The notes beneath the pieces are model-generated. The model saw only the letters and a program-made list of their open reading frames with translations, did not search any database and was not told the origin of the DNA. The translations under genes were made by a program, and so were the position numbers. This document shows, one piece after another, positions 29,420 to 39,321 of a DNA stretch of 54,011 nucleotides. Source of the DNA: a virus (Duplodnaviria; Caudoviricetes); IMG/VR virus record IMGVR_UViG_3300033145_000425, positions 1-54,011 of that record. The stretch is one strand, 5' to 3'. Numbering within the stretch: position 1 is the first letter of the stretch; each line of letters starts with the position of its first letter.

Positions 29420-30481
29420 TTAGGCGGTCTTACAACGCACGATTTGTTTGAGTTCCCCGATTGCGGCACCATACCATTGCCACCCAACGGCGATATCCGT
29501 AAATGCTTCGATATCAAAATCGCTGAATACCGTCAAATCCATACGGTTTGCCGCTTGGATTTTCTTGCCGGGTATCATGACATAATAATCGGCGGTATTG
29601 GTGAACATAAGGGTGTATACGGGGCGCACATTATAGTTTAATTGAGTTGTGCTACTGGAGAACGGCTGTTGTACCATTCCGAGAGCGCGCTTGATTCGTC
29701 CGACATTCTGAATCGGCGATACAATTAAGAACTCGCTATTCGGCGTTACGCTCATCCCTAAATCCTGGAGACGTATCAGGATATTCTCACAAGCTTTGTT
29801 AATCGTGTTAATATCTCTGATAGGCACATAGTTCTCATTAGTGTTGGGAACAGCACCAGTAACAGCCTGCCATGAGAGGTCATAAGTTGTGGCTATGGCT
29901 TCAATTAAGTCATAATGATCCTGAGCCTTCGACTCAAAAGCCTTGTTCCTGAACTCAATAGCATTATCCTCAATCGTCCAGTATTCTTTGTTCATAAACA
30001 AACGCCTTGACCATCCAAGACCTGCACCATACATATCGAGTGTAACAGTGACCTTATCACCGGACATTTTATATATCTGTACCTTCTGGCCTTCGGGCAC
30101 AAGATTGAACCTCAACCCGGAGATAACATCGAGAATGTCGAAGCTATCTCGGTTGGAATTACGCAAGTCTATCATCTTAAAGGCTTGCTCCCAACCACTA
30201 TCGAAATATAATGTCTGGTGATATTTGTCAAGAACCTCTAATACACTTGCCGGAAAGTCCTGTGAAGTGGCGAATGCTTGGATAGCAGCCCGTCCGGCAC
30301 TCACATCGCCAGTGCTGTAAAACGCTTGAGCCGCTGCCCTGAAGGGGGCAGTTGTGGGTTGCACCAGAAAACTATTGAGCGCTCCCCTTATCATACTTCT
30401 CGCGCTGGGGTTTTCAATTCCACCCATGCGTTCAACGAGTCCCCAATCGGAGACTATTTTTCCTCTAAAGCTTTTCATCAT
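29420..30481 (-). CDS. Major capsid protein (HK97-fold likely)
   Basis: 353 aa after scaffold and decoration genes; VPEG..V..Y..YG pattern; followed by a terminator. Confidence 0.8.
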   Translation of the reverse strand: MMKSFRGKIVSDWGLVERMGGIENPSARSMIRGALNSFLVQPTTAPFRAAAQAFYSTGDVSAGRAAIQAFATSQDFPASVLEVLDKYHQTLYFDSGWEQAFKMIDLRNSNRDSFDILDVISGLRFNLVPEGQKVQIYKMSGDKVTVTLDMYGAGLGWSRRLFMNKEYWTIEDNAIEFRNKAFESKAQDHYDLIEAIATTYDLSWQAVTGAVPNTNENYVPIRDINTINKACENILIRLQDLGMSVTPNSEFLIVSPIQNVGRIKRALGMVQQPFSSSTTQLNYNVRPVYTLMFTNTADYYVMIPGKKIQAANRMDLTVFSDFDIEAFTDIAVGWQWYGAAIGELKQIVRCKTA

Positions 30482-30490
30482 TGTCTCCTT

Positions 30491-30883
30491 TTAGGCTACG
30501 ATTTCCATGGCGCCCATCCAATGGACAAGAACCGTTTCGTCCCCAACGGACGGTGCTTCAAGAACAATACCACAAAGATTAAGAGTACCTGCTGCGGATG
30601 TGACCTCATTGTTAACAACGTCAGCATACACCTTGCAACCCACTTGGAACTGCGCGAGATTGCCTGATGTAACTTCCACACAAGGTACTAAAATCTTAGC
30701 GGCCCAGTACACAACGACTACTTGTGCGTCTATAGCTACAGTTTCCACTACAACCCCCACTATATCCTCTACTGTCACTATCTGCCCAGCCGTGTAAACT
30801 TCCTCGGCAGTGAATTCAAGTGCAGCATACGGGGAGTTATTCGTGGAACTGCGTAATTTAAAGTCTGTTCCTCCAAGAGCCAT
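30491..30883 (-). CDS. Capsid decoration/cement protein (DUF2190-like)
   Basis: AGQIV.V..IVGV; F.VG.KVY.D....VT......CGIVLE. Confidence 0.7.
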   Translation of the reverse strand: MALGGTDFKLRSSTNNSPYAALEFTAEEVYTAGQIVTVEDIVGVVVETVAIDAQVVVVYWAAKILVPCVEVTSGNLAQFQVGCKVYADVVNNEVTSAAGTLNLCGIVLEAPSVGDETVLVHWMGAMEIVA

Positions 30884-30898
30884 AATATTTTATCCTTA

Positions 30899-32113
30899 CT
30901 ATTGCGTCTTCTGTGCTTCTTCAGCAGCTTTTCCACCCGGTATGAGCGGATTGAAACTCGGATCCATTTCAGCGGCAAGAACTTCTTCCCGGTCAGCGGG
31001 TATTTGCGATGCCTGTGGTATGGATTGCGTTTGCTTCTGACCTTCCACGGTAAGATTGTCCGGGAGCGTGAATGTCAAAGACTTGTCAGGGGCTTTATCA
31101 ACCTCTACCCCGAAGAACTTTGCCTCCTCCACATATTCTTTCACCGACGCATCCACAAATTTACCAACATCTGCCTTGAGAGTATCTTCATCCTCGGCGT
31201 CAGTGGAGAAGGTCTTGAGATTACGCTTAATGAATGCTTTCGCCTTATCATCAAGTTTACGCTCAGGGTCAGCTAATACGGCATCAAATATTGGAGCACT
31301 TTTGGATTGCATCGTATGCTGCTTCAATTTTTTATCGGTTTCAGCAATCGTGTTTTCCAATTCGGCTACCTTTTCATTGGCCGTATCCCGTTCCCTACCG
31401 ACTCGTGTTGCGGCTTCCTGTAGATTTGTTCGCACCTTTTTGTCGGCCACAACGTCCTCAATACTGAATAAATCAGATGGGCTTAGTTTGAGTTCTGCTA
31501 CTGCTGCTTTCACATCAGACTGGTTCACTTTATTATCTCCTATTTCGCCTGCGAATGCCTGCACGTAAGCCTGCACTGCACTCAACAGGGATGCACCCGG
31601 AAACCCGGGGATTTCGGTGTCGGAATTACCCAATGCAATCCCTGACACGGTTTTGATTGCGGTTGGCCAAGCCTGATGCCCGTCATGGCTGAATTCAATA
31701 TCAGCTTCAATACTTGCAATATCAAGTGGTCTGGACTTGAATTGTGGATATATGTAGATAGCTGCAAGTGTATTAAGACGGTTGCCTATTTGCCTCACGG
31801 CTTTACCAACGACTTCTCCTATTTGGTTTCTCCCGTCGTGGGAGTTTGTATTAGGATCGTGTTTATCGAATACCGCAGTGCCACTAATAAGTTTATCCGC
31901 TATTGCCTGTACTGCGGCTCGCATCCATTTGAATGGCACATTGCCAAAGCCCGGAAGTTTAAGATCGGCCTCACCCTCGTGCCCTATTGAATATAACCTT
32001 ATTTCGGGATGCTCCTCACGGGCTTTAAGATTCCTCAATGTGGATTCGTCAACCATTTCCTCAAGTTCTATCTGGCTCGCTGCTTGTATCTGAGCGCTTA
32101 GATACTGGCGCAT
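30899..32113 (-). CDS. Prohead protease/scaffold protein
   Basis: H...IGEV, SIE, GIAL...PGFPGA.L then coiled-coil C-terminus; lies between portal and capsid genes. Confidence 0.7.
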   Translation of the reverse strand: MRQYLSAQIQAASQIELEEMVDESTLRNLKAREEHPEIRLYSIGHEGEADLKLPGFGNVPFKWMRAAVQAIADKLISGTAVFDKHDPNTNSHDGRNQIGEVVGKAVRQIGNRLNTLAAIYIYPQFKSRPLDIASIEADIEFSHDGHQAWPTAIKTVSGIALGNSDTEIPGFPGASLLSAVQAYVQAFAGEIGDNKVNQSDVKAAVAELKLSPSDLFSIEDVVADKKVRTNLQEAATRVGRERDTANEKVAELENTIAETDKKLKQHTMQSKSAPIFDAVLADPERKLDDKAKAFIKRNLKTFSTDAEDEDTLKADVGKFVDASVKEYVEEAKFFGVEVDKAPDKSLTFTLPDNLTVEGQKQTQSIPQASQIPADREEVLAAEMDPSFNPLIPGGKAAEEAQKTQ

Positions 32114-33323
32114 TGCCTGCTCCTCCGGTTACTGTTGTTAATTCTGGTTTGTCAATAGTGGAGTCCACTGCCATTGGATTAAGTTTTGTACCAAACACTG
32201 TATTGTAGATTACCATGGCTTTCTGGAATAGTTCCTCATATGCCCCCATCCATGTGTTACGTTCTTTGTTCGTGGAGAGGACTATGAGTTCAATAAGGTT
32301 CTCTGCTGTGTCTCTATTGCTCAGTAGTTCAGGGTAGCCGAGGAAGTGTACGGGTATGCCGGTGGTGCCTGATATGGTCTTGACAAGCGACTGTGTTTCC
32401 TCCTTGAGGGTCGTGTATCCATCACCTTTCCACCCCACGAGCTCATATTTTACGTTTAATCCGCCAAGCACAAGTGCCTCACCTATTTTCCAGTTCTTCC
32501 CGTCAAGCCATGTATTTAATTCTTTAGAGGTTGTTTTATCTTCTGAAGAGAATGTGGGTGTGGGTGCAGCAAACAGTCTGTTTATCTTTCGCCAATCCAC
32601 AATAGCCTTATCCAAATCTTCCATCTCGCGGATAACAAAAGAGGTCTTGGGTGGCGTTTCATTTATCTTGGACGCACCCCCTCCAAACCGTTTATAGACG
32701 AAAAATTCAGGCGTCAAGTCAAACTTTATCCCAGGCTCACCACTACCAACGTATTCGGCTCTATTGTAATTAAAGAAATCCCAAGCTGGTGTATAAATTG
32801 TGTAATTGAATTGCCGCCATGGCACATGGACAACACGGATGTTCTCCGCCGTCTGATCCACGAGAAACCGTAATAGTATCTTCCCTTCTATCTCGGCCTC
32901 CTTCGCATACTCCTGTGGCATCTCCTCATCGAGATTATTAAACCGCATGAACTCTTTACACCATTCCAGTTCTTTCGTGGCATCTTCTTTGAAATCTTTG
33001 TGTTTTATCACTCTTACACCTGTACCTACCGAGAATGCTGTCCGCATATCGATGACGTTCTTTGCAATCATACATCCCCAGTCGGCAATATTGTCGTAGA
33101 GTTTACCGAGTTGTGTGACTTGCTTTGCGTAAGTGTTTAATCTGAAAGGAGTGCCAATATAGACTTTACCTGTGGTGGAGTCAATATTTGTGGTGATATC
33201 TGTGGATGCCTGTATTTGACTCATAAGATGGTGAAGTTGCCCTGTTACCAATTTATTATGTGCTATAAGTTGTTTGTGTGCGGATTTGTCGAAGTATTTT
33301 GCTATGAAGGGTGGTATGAGCAT
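32061..33323 (-). CDS. Portal protein
   Basis: 420 aa after TerL; ISGTTGIPVHFLG..SNR.TA motif. Confidence 0.85.
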   Translation of the reverse strand: MLIPPFIAKYFDKSAHKQLIAHNKLVTGQLHHLMSQIQASTDITTNIDSTTGKVYIGTPFRLNTYAKQVTQLGKLYDNIADWGCMIAKNVIDMRTAFSVGTGVRVIKHKDFKEDATKELEWCKEFMRFNNLDEEMPQEYAKEAEIEGKILLRFLVDQTAENIRVVHVPWRQFNYTIYTPAWDFFNYNRAEYVGSGEPGIKFDLTPEFFVYKRFGGGASKINETPPKTSFVIREMEDLDKAIVDWRKINRLFAAPTPTFSSEDKTTSKELNTWLDGKNWKIGEALVLGGLNVKYELVGWKGDGYTTLKEETQSLVKTISGTTGIPVHFLGYPELLSNRDTAENLIELIVLSTNKERNTWMGAYEELFQKAMVIYNTVFGTKLNPMAVDSTIDKPELTTVTGGAGNAPVSKRSDTSSEPDRT

Positions 33324-33338
33324 ACCGTGGTCTCCGAG

Positions 33339-33372
33339 TGTGGCATTCTGCTACATGTGGCATTTTGCAACA
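33339..33372. promoter_or_regulatory. Two abutting 17-bp imperfect palindromes (putative operators)
   Basis: TGTGGCATTCTGCTACA and TGTGGCATTTTGCAACA; third copy at 49435-49451. Confidence 0.6.
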
Positions 33373-33381
33373 TTCGGATAC

Positions 33382-33410
33382 ATGATATGGTACATTTTCT
33401 TTTTTGTCAA
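33382..33410 (-). promoter_or_regulatory. Sigma70-type promoter for the portal/head operon
   Basis: TTGACA-17 nt-TATCAT. Confidence 0.7.
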
Positions 33411-33493
33411 GGATTATTTTGGTGTATGTTGTGGTTGCAATACATTATTTGGATGATACTCCCTTTTATTTATTTGCCTCATTCTTTCTCCTC

Positions 33494-34981
33494 CTACGGT
33501 GTCACATCCCGTTTAGTAGTCCCAATATACACGCCTTCTCCCTCACTCATCTTCGCCACGACAAAATAACCCGCATCATCCATGCTATGATTGTTTTTGT
33601 CCACAGGTTTACCGTTCTTCACGGCATACATCAATATCTCCTGCCGGAAGTGTAGGCATATCCGATTAATTAGCATTTTAGGTGCACCGAGTACAGGACG
33701 TAATGCGGACTTCATTCGCTCTATACGCTCATCTATTTCTTTCTTAGGGATAACGGTCATCTTGGCATTGGGACACGCTTCCCGCCATTCTTGAATAAGG
33801 TCTGGACGCGAGTTATCCGGCACTATCTCACTAATCAACTTCCACCACGGGGCTTTCTTTGCTTTCTCAATCACCCGTGTGTTTGTAGTAGACTCCTCCG
33901 CCATCTGCATATAGAGTTCCGTAACCCGTATCCACGTACCCTTGCCGCCGAGTTCTGCCGGCGCTTCCTGCCATACGCCCACGCTAAACGGGTCAACGCC
34001 CCCAAAGTCTATGCTTAATACCACAGGCCTCTGGCGTAACGATACGCTAACCAAGTGCAACTTTTCATCCCACTCCTGCTCATACACTGTGTCGCCCATG
34101 CCAACTTTAATACACAGCCAGTCCCGTGCCAGCATGGAGTAGGACAGGGTATTGAGCTTTTCTATGAAGTCCTCTACGCTGTAATAACCGTCTGCTCCCT
34201 TCATCTGTTCGCCCGGGCAGAGTTCGTGGAGGGGGCATGTGGAGCACGAATAATCTTTACACGATGCCAGACATTCCCATATGCAATATTTATATATATT
34301 ATGTTTATGTGATTTAGCATTCGCTAACGCCCTGTCCATTTGCCCCATGACGTTATGATTGGTTGAGAACATACCCAGGGCTGCCTTGTGCCCGTATTTA
34401 GATGTGGGCTGTGAGAGTGCGGCTTGGTATACCTCTTCGTCTATTTCATCCACCTCATCCAGAAGTAATGCTTGAGGATGGGGGCCACGTACGGCTGTTA
34501 TACTCGCTGTGAGAATAGATACTTTGGATTTGTTAAGGAATTCTGCCTTCGTCTGCATGATATCCCGGATAAGGCGTGAGTTGAGTGGGTCGGTTTCATC
34601 GCGGAACGTCTTCATGGCTTCATAGGAGAGCAATGACTGGTCTTTACTGCCACCAAGTATTCGAGTCTCGTAACGAGCTTTACTGCAACTCTTTACCCAT
34701 GTGTTAAGACCGCCATATAGGAATGTTTTAGAGCCCGACCTACATGCCCATATAACATAGTACCGGGCGATGTCTCGCAGCACATCTGACACGGCTCTGA
34801 ATTGCGGCGTGTGGTCAGGGTTCCCGCACAGGTGTTTCGTCCCCACCACCGCTACTTGTAGGGCTGCCAGAAACTCCTTCACATCCATGTCCGTCTTCAT
34901 CCCCTCGTTCAGGTACTTGTTCAAAATCTGCGTCCTGAATTCTTCCTGTAGACCGCCTATCTCCTCCTGAGACATTTTCAT
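33494..34981 (-). CDS. terL: Terminase large subunit
   Basis: Walker A ACRSGSKT, Walker B LLLDEVD, nuclease motifs LSIDFGG and NHSMDD.GY. Confidence 0.92.
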   Translation of the reverse strand: MKMSQEEIGGLQEEFRTQILNKYLNEGMKTDMDVKEFLAALQVAVVGTKHLCGNPDHTPQFRAVSDVLRDIARYYVIWACRSGSKTFLYGGLNTWVKSCSKARYETRILGGSKDQSLLSYEAMKTFRDETDPLNSRLIRDIMQTKAEFLNKSKVSILTASITAVRGPHPQALLLDEVDEIDEEVYQAALSQPTSKYGHKAALGMFSTNHNVMGQMDRALANAKSHKHNIYKYCIWECLASCKDYSCSTCPLHELCPGEQMKGADGYYSVEDFIEKLNTLSYSMLARDWLCIKVGMGDTVYEQEWDEKLHLVSVSLRQRPVVLSIDFGGVDPFSVGVWQEAPAELGGKGTWIRVTELYMQMAEESTTNTRVIEKAKKAPWWKLISEIVPDNSRPDLIQEWREACPNAKMTVIPKKEIDERIERMKSALRPVLGAPKMLINRICLHFRQEILMYAVKNGKPVDKNNHSMDDAGYFVVAKMSEGEGVYIGTTKRDVTP

Positions 34982-35591
34982 TTATCATCCCTTTCAGCAG
35001 GGTAATGCGCTCATCCTGAGACACAGCGCCCAAGTTTATATTAAGCTCCTTAATATTCGCACTTCTATCTTTGCTCTTGGCGGCAGGCATGAACTCTGCC
35101 ACGAACTTGTGATAAGTTTCGAGGTATCTACGGTATTCAGCAATGAGTTTTGTCAACTCCTCTACATCTTTAACTACAATTCTGGGTGATAATTTTCCCC
35201 TCTCGTCTTTGACAAATGCGTTGTCAATCATCGCCTCTATTCTGTTCATGGCGTCTACAAGTCTTTGGGCGATGGGATCGTCTATCTTAAGTAGCGCCCC
35301 TACTTCTTTCTTCTCGGCAACTACCGCTGTATGGCTCGCTATCCGCTCATCCCAGTTAAACCACGTCGCCCACTTGCTTACCGATGTGGTGGAGCGATCA
35401 ACTATCCGCGCTACTTCCCGAAATGTGCGTCCGTAGCCGAGGTCACGGTAGACCTCATAAGCGTGGAAATGGTGTTTGCGTTCTACTCTGTCGGGTGCTC
35501 TTCCCTGCATATATCCTCCTTTTGTATGTCTCTTAGCTCTCCGCTCCGCTGCCACAGGGGCATCCATGAGGGATATGGTGGTAACATCCAC
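34815..35591 (-). CDS. terS: Terminase small subunit (HTH)
   Basis: AYEVYRDLG..RTFREVA...VSKWA..FNWDER; directly upstream of TerL. Confidence 0.7.
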   Translation of the reverse strand: MDVTTISLMDAPVAAERRAKRHTKGGYMQGRAPDRVERKHHFHAYEVYRDLGYGRTFREVARIVDRSTTSVSKWATWFNWDERIASHTAVVAEKKEVGALLKIDDPIAQRLVDAMNRIEAMIDNAFVKDERGKLSPRIVVKDVEELTKLIAEYRRYLETYHKFVAEFMPAAKSKDRSANIKELNINLGAVSQDERITLLKGMINENVSGGDRRSTGRIQDADFEQVPERGDEDGHGCEGVSGSPTSSGGGDETPVREP

Positions 35592-35652
35592 TCTTTTATA
35601 TCAAAAAGCGGGTTGCCGAAGTCACCCATTATGAAGTCCCAATCACGAGAGG

Positions 35653-35994
35653 TCATTGGTATGCTCCCTTTACCAGTTTAATAGCCTCCTTTAAATGCAC
35701 ACCACTTACCAACCACGAGTCTAATACCTCGATGAATGCGCCAATCCCGACGGGATGCTGGGCACAGAACAGTTCAATGTCAGGGAATGCTTTCCTTAAC
35801 TTCTTTTCGCTCACTGCTCCATGCTTACACGCCCATTGTATGAGCTCGTCATTCGACATGCCCATTAATTCTGGGTTCATTCGCCCGCCTCCTTTTCCAC
35901 TACTAAATGCTTGGTATCTATATCCTTTTTCGCCTCTAACACTTGGCGCTTCTGGGAATTCCAGTACAAATCCCCCTTCTTTGGATGCCCCCAC
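35653..35994 (-). CDS. Hypothetical protein
   Basis: 113-aa ORF on the coding strand. Confidence 0.45.
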   Translation of the reverse strand: MGASKEGGFVLEFPEAPSVRGEKGYRYQAFSSGKGGGRMNPELMGMSNDELIQWACKHGAVSEKKLRKAFPDIELFCAQHPVGIGAFIEVLDSWLVSGVHLKEAIKLVKGAYQ

Positions 35995-36046
35995 CTTTTA
36001 ATAATACGGGCTTTCCCAGTACCCCTAAACAAGTAGTCACGAGCCA

Positions 36047-36352
36047 TTATCTATTCTCCTCTATCTCCATGAGCATTCTGTTATACATGTTCGTTTCCTC
36101 ACGCCCAATATCAATGCAGTCTCGCAGTATATAATTAACCTGGGTGGCGCTAACACCACACTCCCGAACAGCCCTGCGCGTCACCTTCGCATCCTCCAAT
36201 AGATAATGCATCTGCGCTATTGCCCCTTCGAGTGACAATTCAATCGGCGTCTGTAGATCCTCCATGCGGTTGTCTAATATGGTGAGAAATATAAATGCCA
36301 TCACTATCATACCTAATACCATGCCCGATAGAAATATACATACCTGTTTCAT
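36047..36352 (-). CDS. Hypothetical membrane-anchored protein
   Basis: N-terminal TM segment; AAGGAG RBS. Confidence 0.55.
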   Translation of the reverse strand: MKQVCIFLSGMVLGMIVMAFIFLTILDNRMEDLQTPIELSLEGAIAQMHYLLEDAKVTRRAVRECGVSATQVNYILRDCIDIGREETNMYNRMLMEIEENR

Positions 36353-36417
36353 TACTTACTCCTTTCCGCTAAAAAATTTACTCCATAATTTAAATAATAG
36401 TAGTGTAAATAATTATA

Positions 36418-37029
36418 TTATCCACTTAATTGTTTAGCCGCCGTTTCCGCCAGCTTCTTTATATTTCTCTCGCCGTGCCCCTCAAGGACTTTATGCTTCC
36501 CTGTTCCGGTTTCGATTAAAACAGGTTTACCTATATGGTCCATATAACCATTTGTGGTATTTTCAATCTCAATAATACCCTTCAAGTATTCAGGATGCTT
36601 GTCCCTGGTTGCGAGGATTTTATAGTTATTAACAAACTCTTTTTGCATCCATTTGTCCATAGGCATGTGGCAGAACTCAGCCCAGCCGGTAGCCATGAGC
36701 CTCACAACGCTGTGTATGACCGGATCGCTGAATTGAACAGAGCAATATGACCCTTTAACCGACATTGCCCTCTTAACCGCTGCCCAGGCTAATACAGCAT
36801 CATTGTCCGTGTCGACTACCAGTTGTTCGCGGACGAGCGCGGCAAAGTTGTCTGATGGGTAAAATTTTGTCTGTTCCCGACATATTTTAGTAACGGCATA
36901 GACGAATTGCTCATCAGTCAAGTCTTTGAGCAGCATGAACCAGACTTTATGGGTTTTGGTATCCAACTTAACAGCGGAAAATGTTGCGGAAAATATCGCC
37001 AAGCCCTCTTTAAATGCTTTGTTTGTCAT
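36418..37029 (-). CDS. Helicase loader/inhibitor-like protein (DUF6475-like)
   Basis: W..LLKDL.DEQF..AV; AW..V..A....GSY.SV.F.DPVIH; follows the initiator. Confidence 0.7.
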   Translation of the reverse strand: MTNKAFKEGLAIFSATFSAVKLDTKTHKVWFMLLKDLTDEQFVYAVTKICREQTKFYPSDNFAALVREQLVVDTDNDAVLAWAAVKRAMSVKGSYCSVQFSDPVIHSVVRLMATGWAEFCHMPMDKWMQKEFVNNYKILATRDKHPEYLKGIIEIENTTNGYMDHIGKPVLIETGTGKHKVLEGHGERNIKKLAETAAKQLSG

Positions 37030-37797
37030 TTATTCCTCCTCCACTTCCATGTCAGGGTCAAGCCCACCTTCTTCTCCGAAATTAGTATTTTTAATCTGTC
37101 TTAATTGCTTATCGAGAGGGCTTTCTTGGTTATTATCCCCCCAAGTGATGTTATTTCTCAACCACGTCTTAAATCTCCTATTGATATCAAATACTTTCTC
37201 CATCTCCCACCGCTCTTTTTTACCACCAGGTTTTTTTTCTTTCCAGTATTCCATGAAATCAAATTTGTTTTTCAGTTCGCTGGGAGAGAATTTTTTTTCT
37301 ATTTCTTTAAAAAGGGATTCAAGTGTATCGTTAGATATACCTATATTTGAAGATGAAGAAGAAGATGAAGAAGAAGATGAAGAAGAAGGGGTTGGATTTT
37401 GGTTGGAGTCTTGCTTAACCTTTTGCTTAACCTTTTGCTTAACCAAATTAGGGTTGCCGCCAAGCTTTCCTGACTCCTTTCTTATATTCCTAAGTCTATT
37501 ATCTTCAATCATTCGCTTACAGTAAAGCACCCCCTCTTCATCTTCTTTTAAAACACCGTATAGAATGAGTTCATTTAGTGCCACCTCAAACGTTCTATGA
37601 TTCATCCTCAACAGTTTTATAACCGGTTTATAACCGTTCTTTGAGCCGTTTATGAGCAGTTTACCATACGTTTCTGATTGATGCATGAGACACATAAGAT
37701 TAATTAAAAGCCCCTGAGATGTCATTGAACACATCTGTAATTTTGTATTGCTTAACCAATCTTCTGGATAAAATTGAAAGCTCGGTTGTTGTCCCAT
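37030..37797 (-). CDS. Phage replication initiator / replisome organiser
   Basis: PSFQFYPEDWL...QG....L.C.M; KRM...G.LGGNP; internal iterons; start at the ATG overlapping the leader TGA. Confidence 0.8.
   Translation of the reverse strand: MGQQPSFQFYPEDWLSNTKLQMCSMTSQGLLINLMCLMHQSETYGKLLINGSKNGYKPVIKLLRMNHRTFEVALNELILYGVLKEDEEGVLYCKRMIEDNRLRNIRKESGKLGGNPNLVKQKVKQKVKQDSNQNPTPSSSSSSSSSSSSSNIGISNDTLESLFKEIEKKFSPSELKNKFDFMEYWKEKKPGGKKERWEMEKVFDINRRFKTWLRNNITWGDNNQESPLDKQLRQIKNTNFGEEGGLDPDMEVEEE
37348..37444. repeat. Iteron-like repeats (TTGCTTAACC x3, 12-bp period) and GAAGATGAAGAA tract: putative origin
   Basis: Copies at 37411, 37423 and 37435, plus a lone copy at 37748; lambda-O-like placement inside the initiator gene. 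Confidence 0.65.
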
Positions 37798-37892
37798 CAC
37801 TTCACCCCACAAAAGAAAAAGGCAGTAAATCCCGACCGAAAGAAATGAAGTATCATTTCTAATACGAAATCTACTGCCCTTAATTTATCCAT
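37797..37892 (-). CDS. Putative 31-aa leader peptide coupled to the initiator
   Basis: GAGGT RBS; MDKLRAVDFVLEMILHFFRSGFTAFFFCGVK*; TGATG overlap with the initiator. Confidence 0.5.
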   Translation of the reverse strand: MDKLRAVDFVLEMILHFFRSGFTAFFFCGVK

Positions 37893-37916
37893 AAAAAATA
37901 CCTCATCTCTTTCGGT
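37818..37916 (-). promoter_or_regulatory. Structured 5' leader with interleaved A-B-A'-B' stems
   Basis: 19-bp stem 37898-37916/37835-37853 and 17-bp stem 37865-37881/37818-37834; mismatches are G-U on the minus strand. Confidence 0.7.
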
Positions 37917-37922
37917 ACTTAC

Positions 37923-37951
37923 AGTATAAACACACGATTTGAAAAAGTCAA
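37923..37951 (-). promoter_or_regulatory. Sigma70 promoter for the replication genes
   Basis: TTGACT-17 nt-TATACT. Confidence 0.8.
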
Positions 37952-37969
37952 GCTTTAAAATCCAGGTCA

Positions 37970-39321
37970 TTATAAATCCAGCTTTCTCTGTTTCATTTCA
38001 AACTCTATCCGCTTATTTGCCATGTCTATATATTCCTGATTAGGCTCAAATCCGATGAATTGCCGGTTAGCTCGCAGGGCAACTTTAGCAACCGTGCCAC
38101 TTCCCATGAATGGGTCAAGGACTATACCATGTTCTGGACACCCCGCAAGTATAGGTGTCTCAACAAGCTCCTCTGGAAAGGTGGCAAAGTGTGCTTCTGG
38201 ATATGGCTGAGTCGTTATGTCCCATACAGATTTCTTTAGCCCGTATTCCTTACCTATTTGTTCCCAAACTCCGGGGGCAATATCACCTACACGTTGAGAT
38301 ATGAATAGTAGTAACTCATCTATATCAATGGACTCGTCTTTCCATACACAGCGTTTGTTGCGACCTTGTAACATGCGTTCCCTTGTTTTATCTTCATCTC
38401 TATTTTCTTGTGTAAATGCAGAATTACCCCCTTGCCTATCCGATGAATAATCTTTAGCTTTCATCAATCGTCTAACATCACCCTCGGGGTCCAAACTTGA
38501 ATCAAACTGTTGCTCAAACCAATACTTCCTCTGCTTAGTAAAGAAGAACACCTTTTCAAAGTCCACCGTGAACCTGTCCTTTGCCGAACTTGGCATACAG
38601 TTCCGTTTAAACCATATCAGCTCATTCCGTAGTATCCATCCTGCATCAGTCATGGCAAGGGCAAACCTTGATGGGATTTGGCAGAGTGATTTGGCGGGTA
38701 ATCCACATCTATCAGGTGCTTGTTTACCCATAAAATCTATTGTCCCTTTATTTCCCAGTTGTGTATTGCTTGCATTATCAGCTCCACCCCCACGATAATT
38801 AGCATTATAACTATCTCCAATATTAACCCAGCATGTCCCTGTCTTTTTCAGTACACGCTTAACCTCGTCAAATATCTGCATCAGGTGTTGGATGTATAGC
38901 TGAAAGGTTGGCTCAAGTCCAAGACTGCCACGCCATGCACCGCAGAGGGTGCAGAAATTTCCGTGCCCTTTATTCTGATTGAGATTAGTTTTCTTCATGG
39001 GCGCACCAATAGTTGTTTTGTGGCAACCCGGGTTATGATGTTTACGCTTAAATGTATGCCAGCCCGATTGCCCTGCAGGCAGCATTGTATCTCCCCACTC
39101 ATGCTCACAACTATTGGCAGTCCAACTCATCATCCCGCGATAGATCTCCATTGAAATATGAGATTCAGCATCCCATACAAGCGGTTCAAGCCCATAATCC
39201 CTGATTAAAGTCCCCAATAAGGAGGAGATGTAATAATACAATCAATAGATTCATCCGGTAATTGCTTTAAACCCGTTAAGGCATCGGTGCAAATAATCTT
39301 ATTTATCCACTCGTTGAGAAT
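37970..39321 (-). pseudogene. N4-C/N6-A DNA methyltransferase (beta class), frame broken by 5 extra nt after SPPYWGL
   Basis: 39321-39205 encodes ILNEW...[14 protein letters not shown]; RDYG...WVNIGDSY...HFATFP...VLDPFMGSGT resumes at 39202 in another frame. Confidence 0.75.

Noticed and set aside
33339-33372. Sigma-54 promoter (TGGCA...TTGCA)
   Set aside because: GG-to-GC spacing does not fit -24/-12; a palindromic operator fits better
39205-39207. Genome-wide stop-codon reassignment
   Set aside because: TAA, TAG and TGA all end intact genes, and read-through of this TAA would not restore the frame
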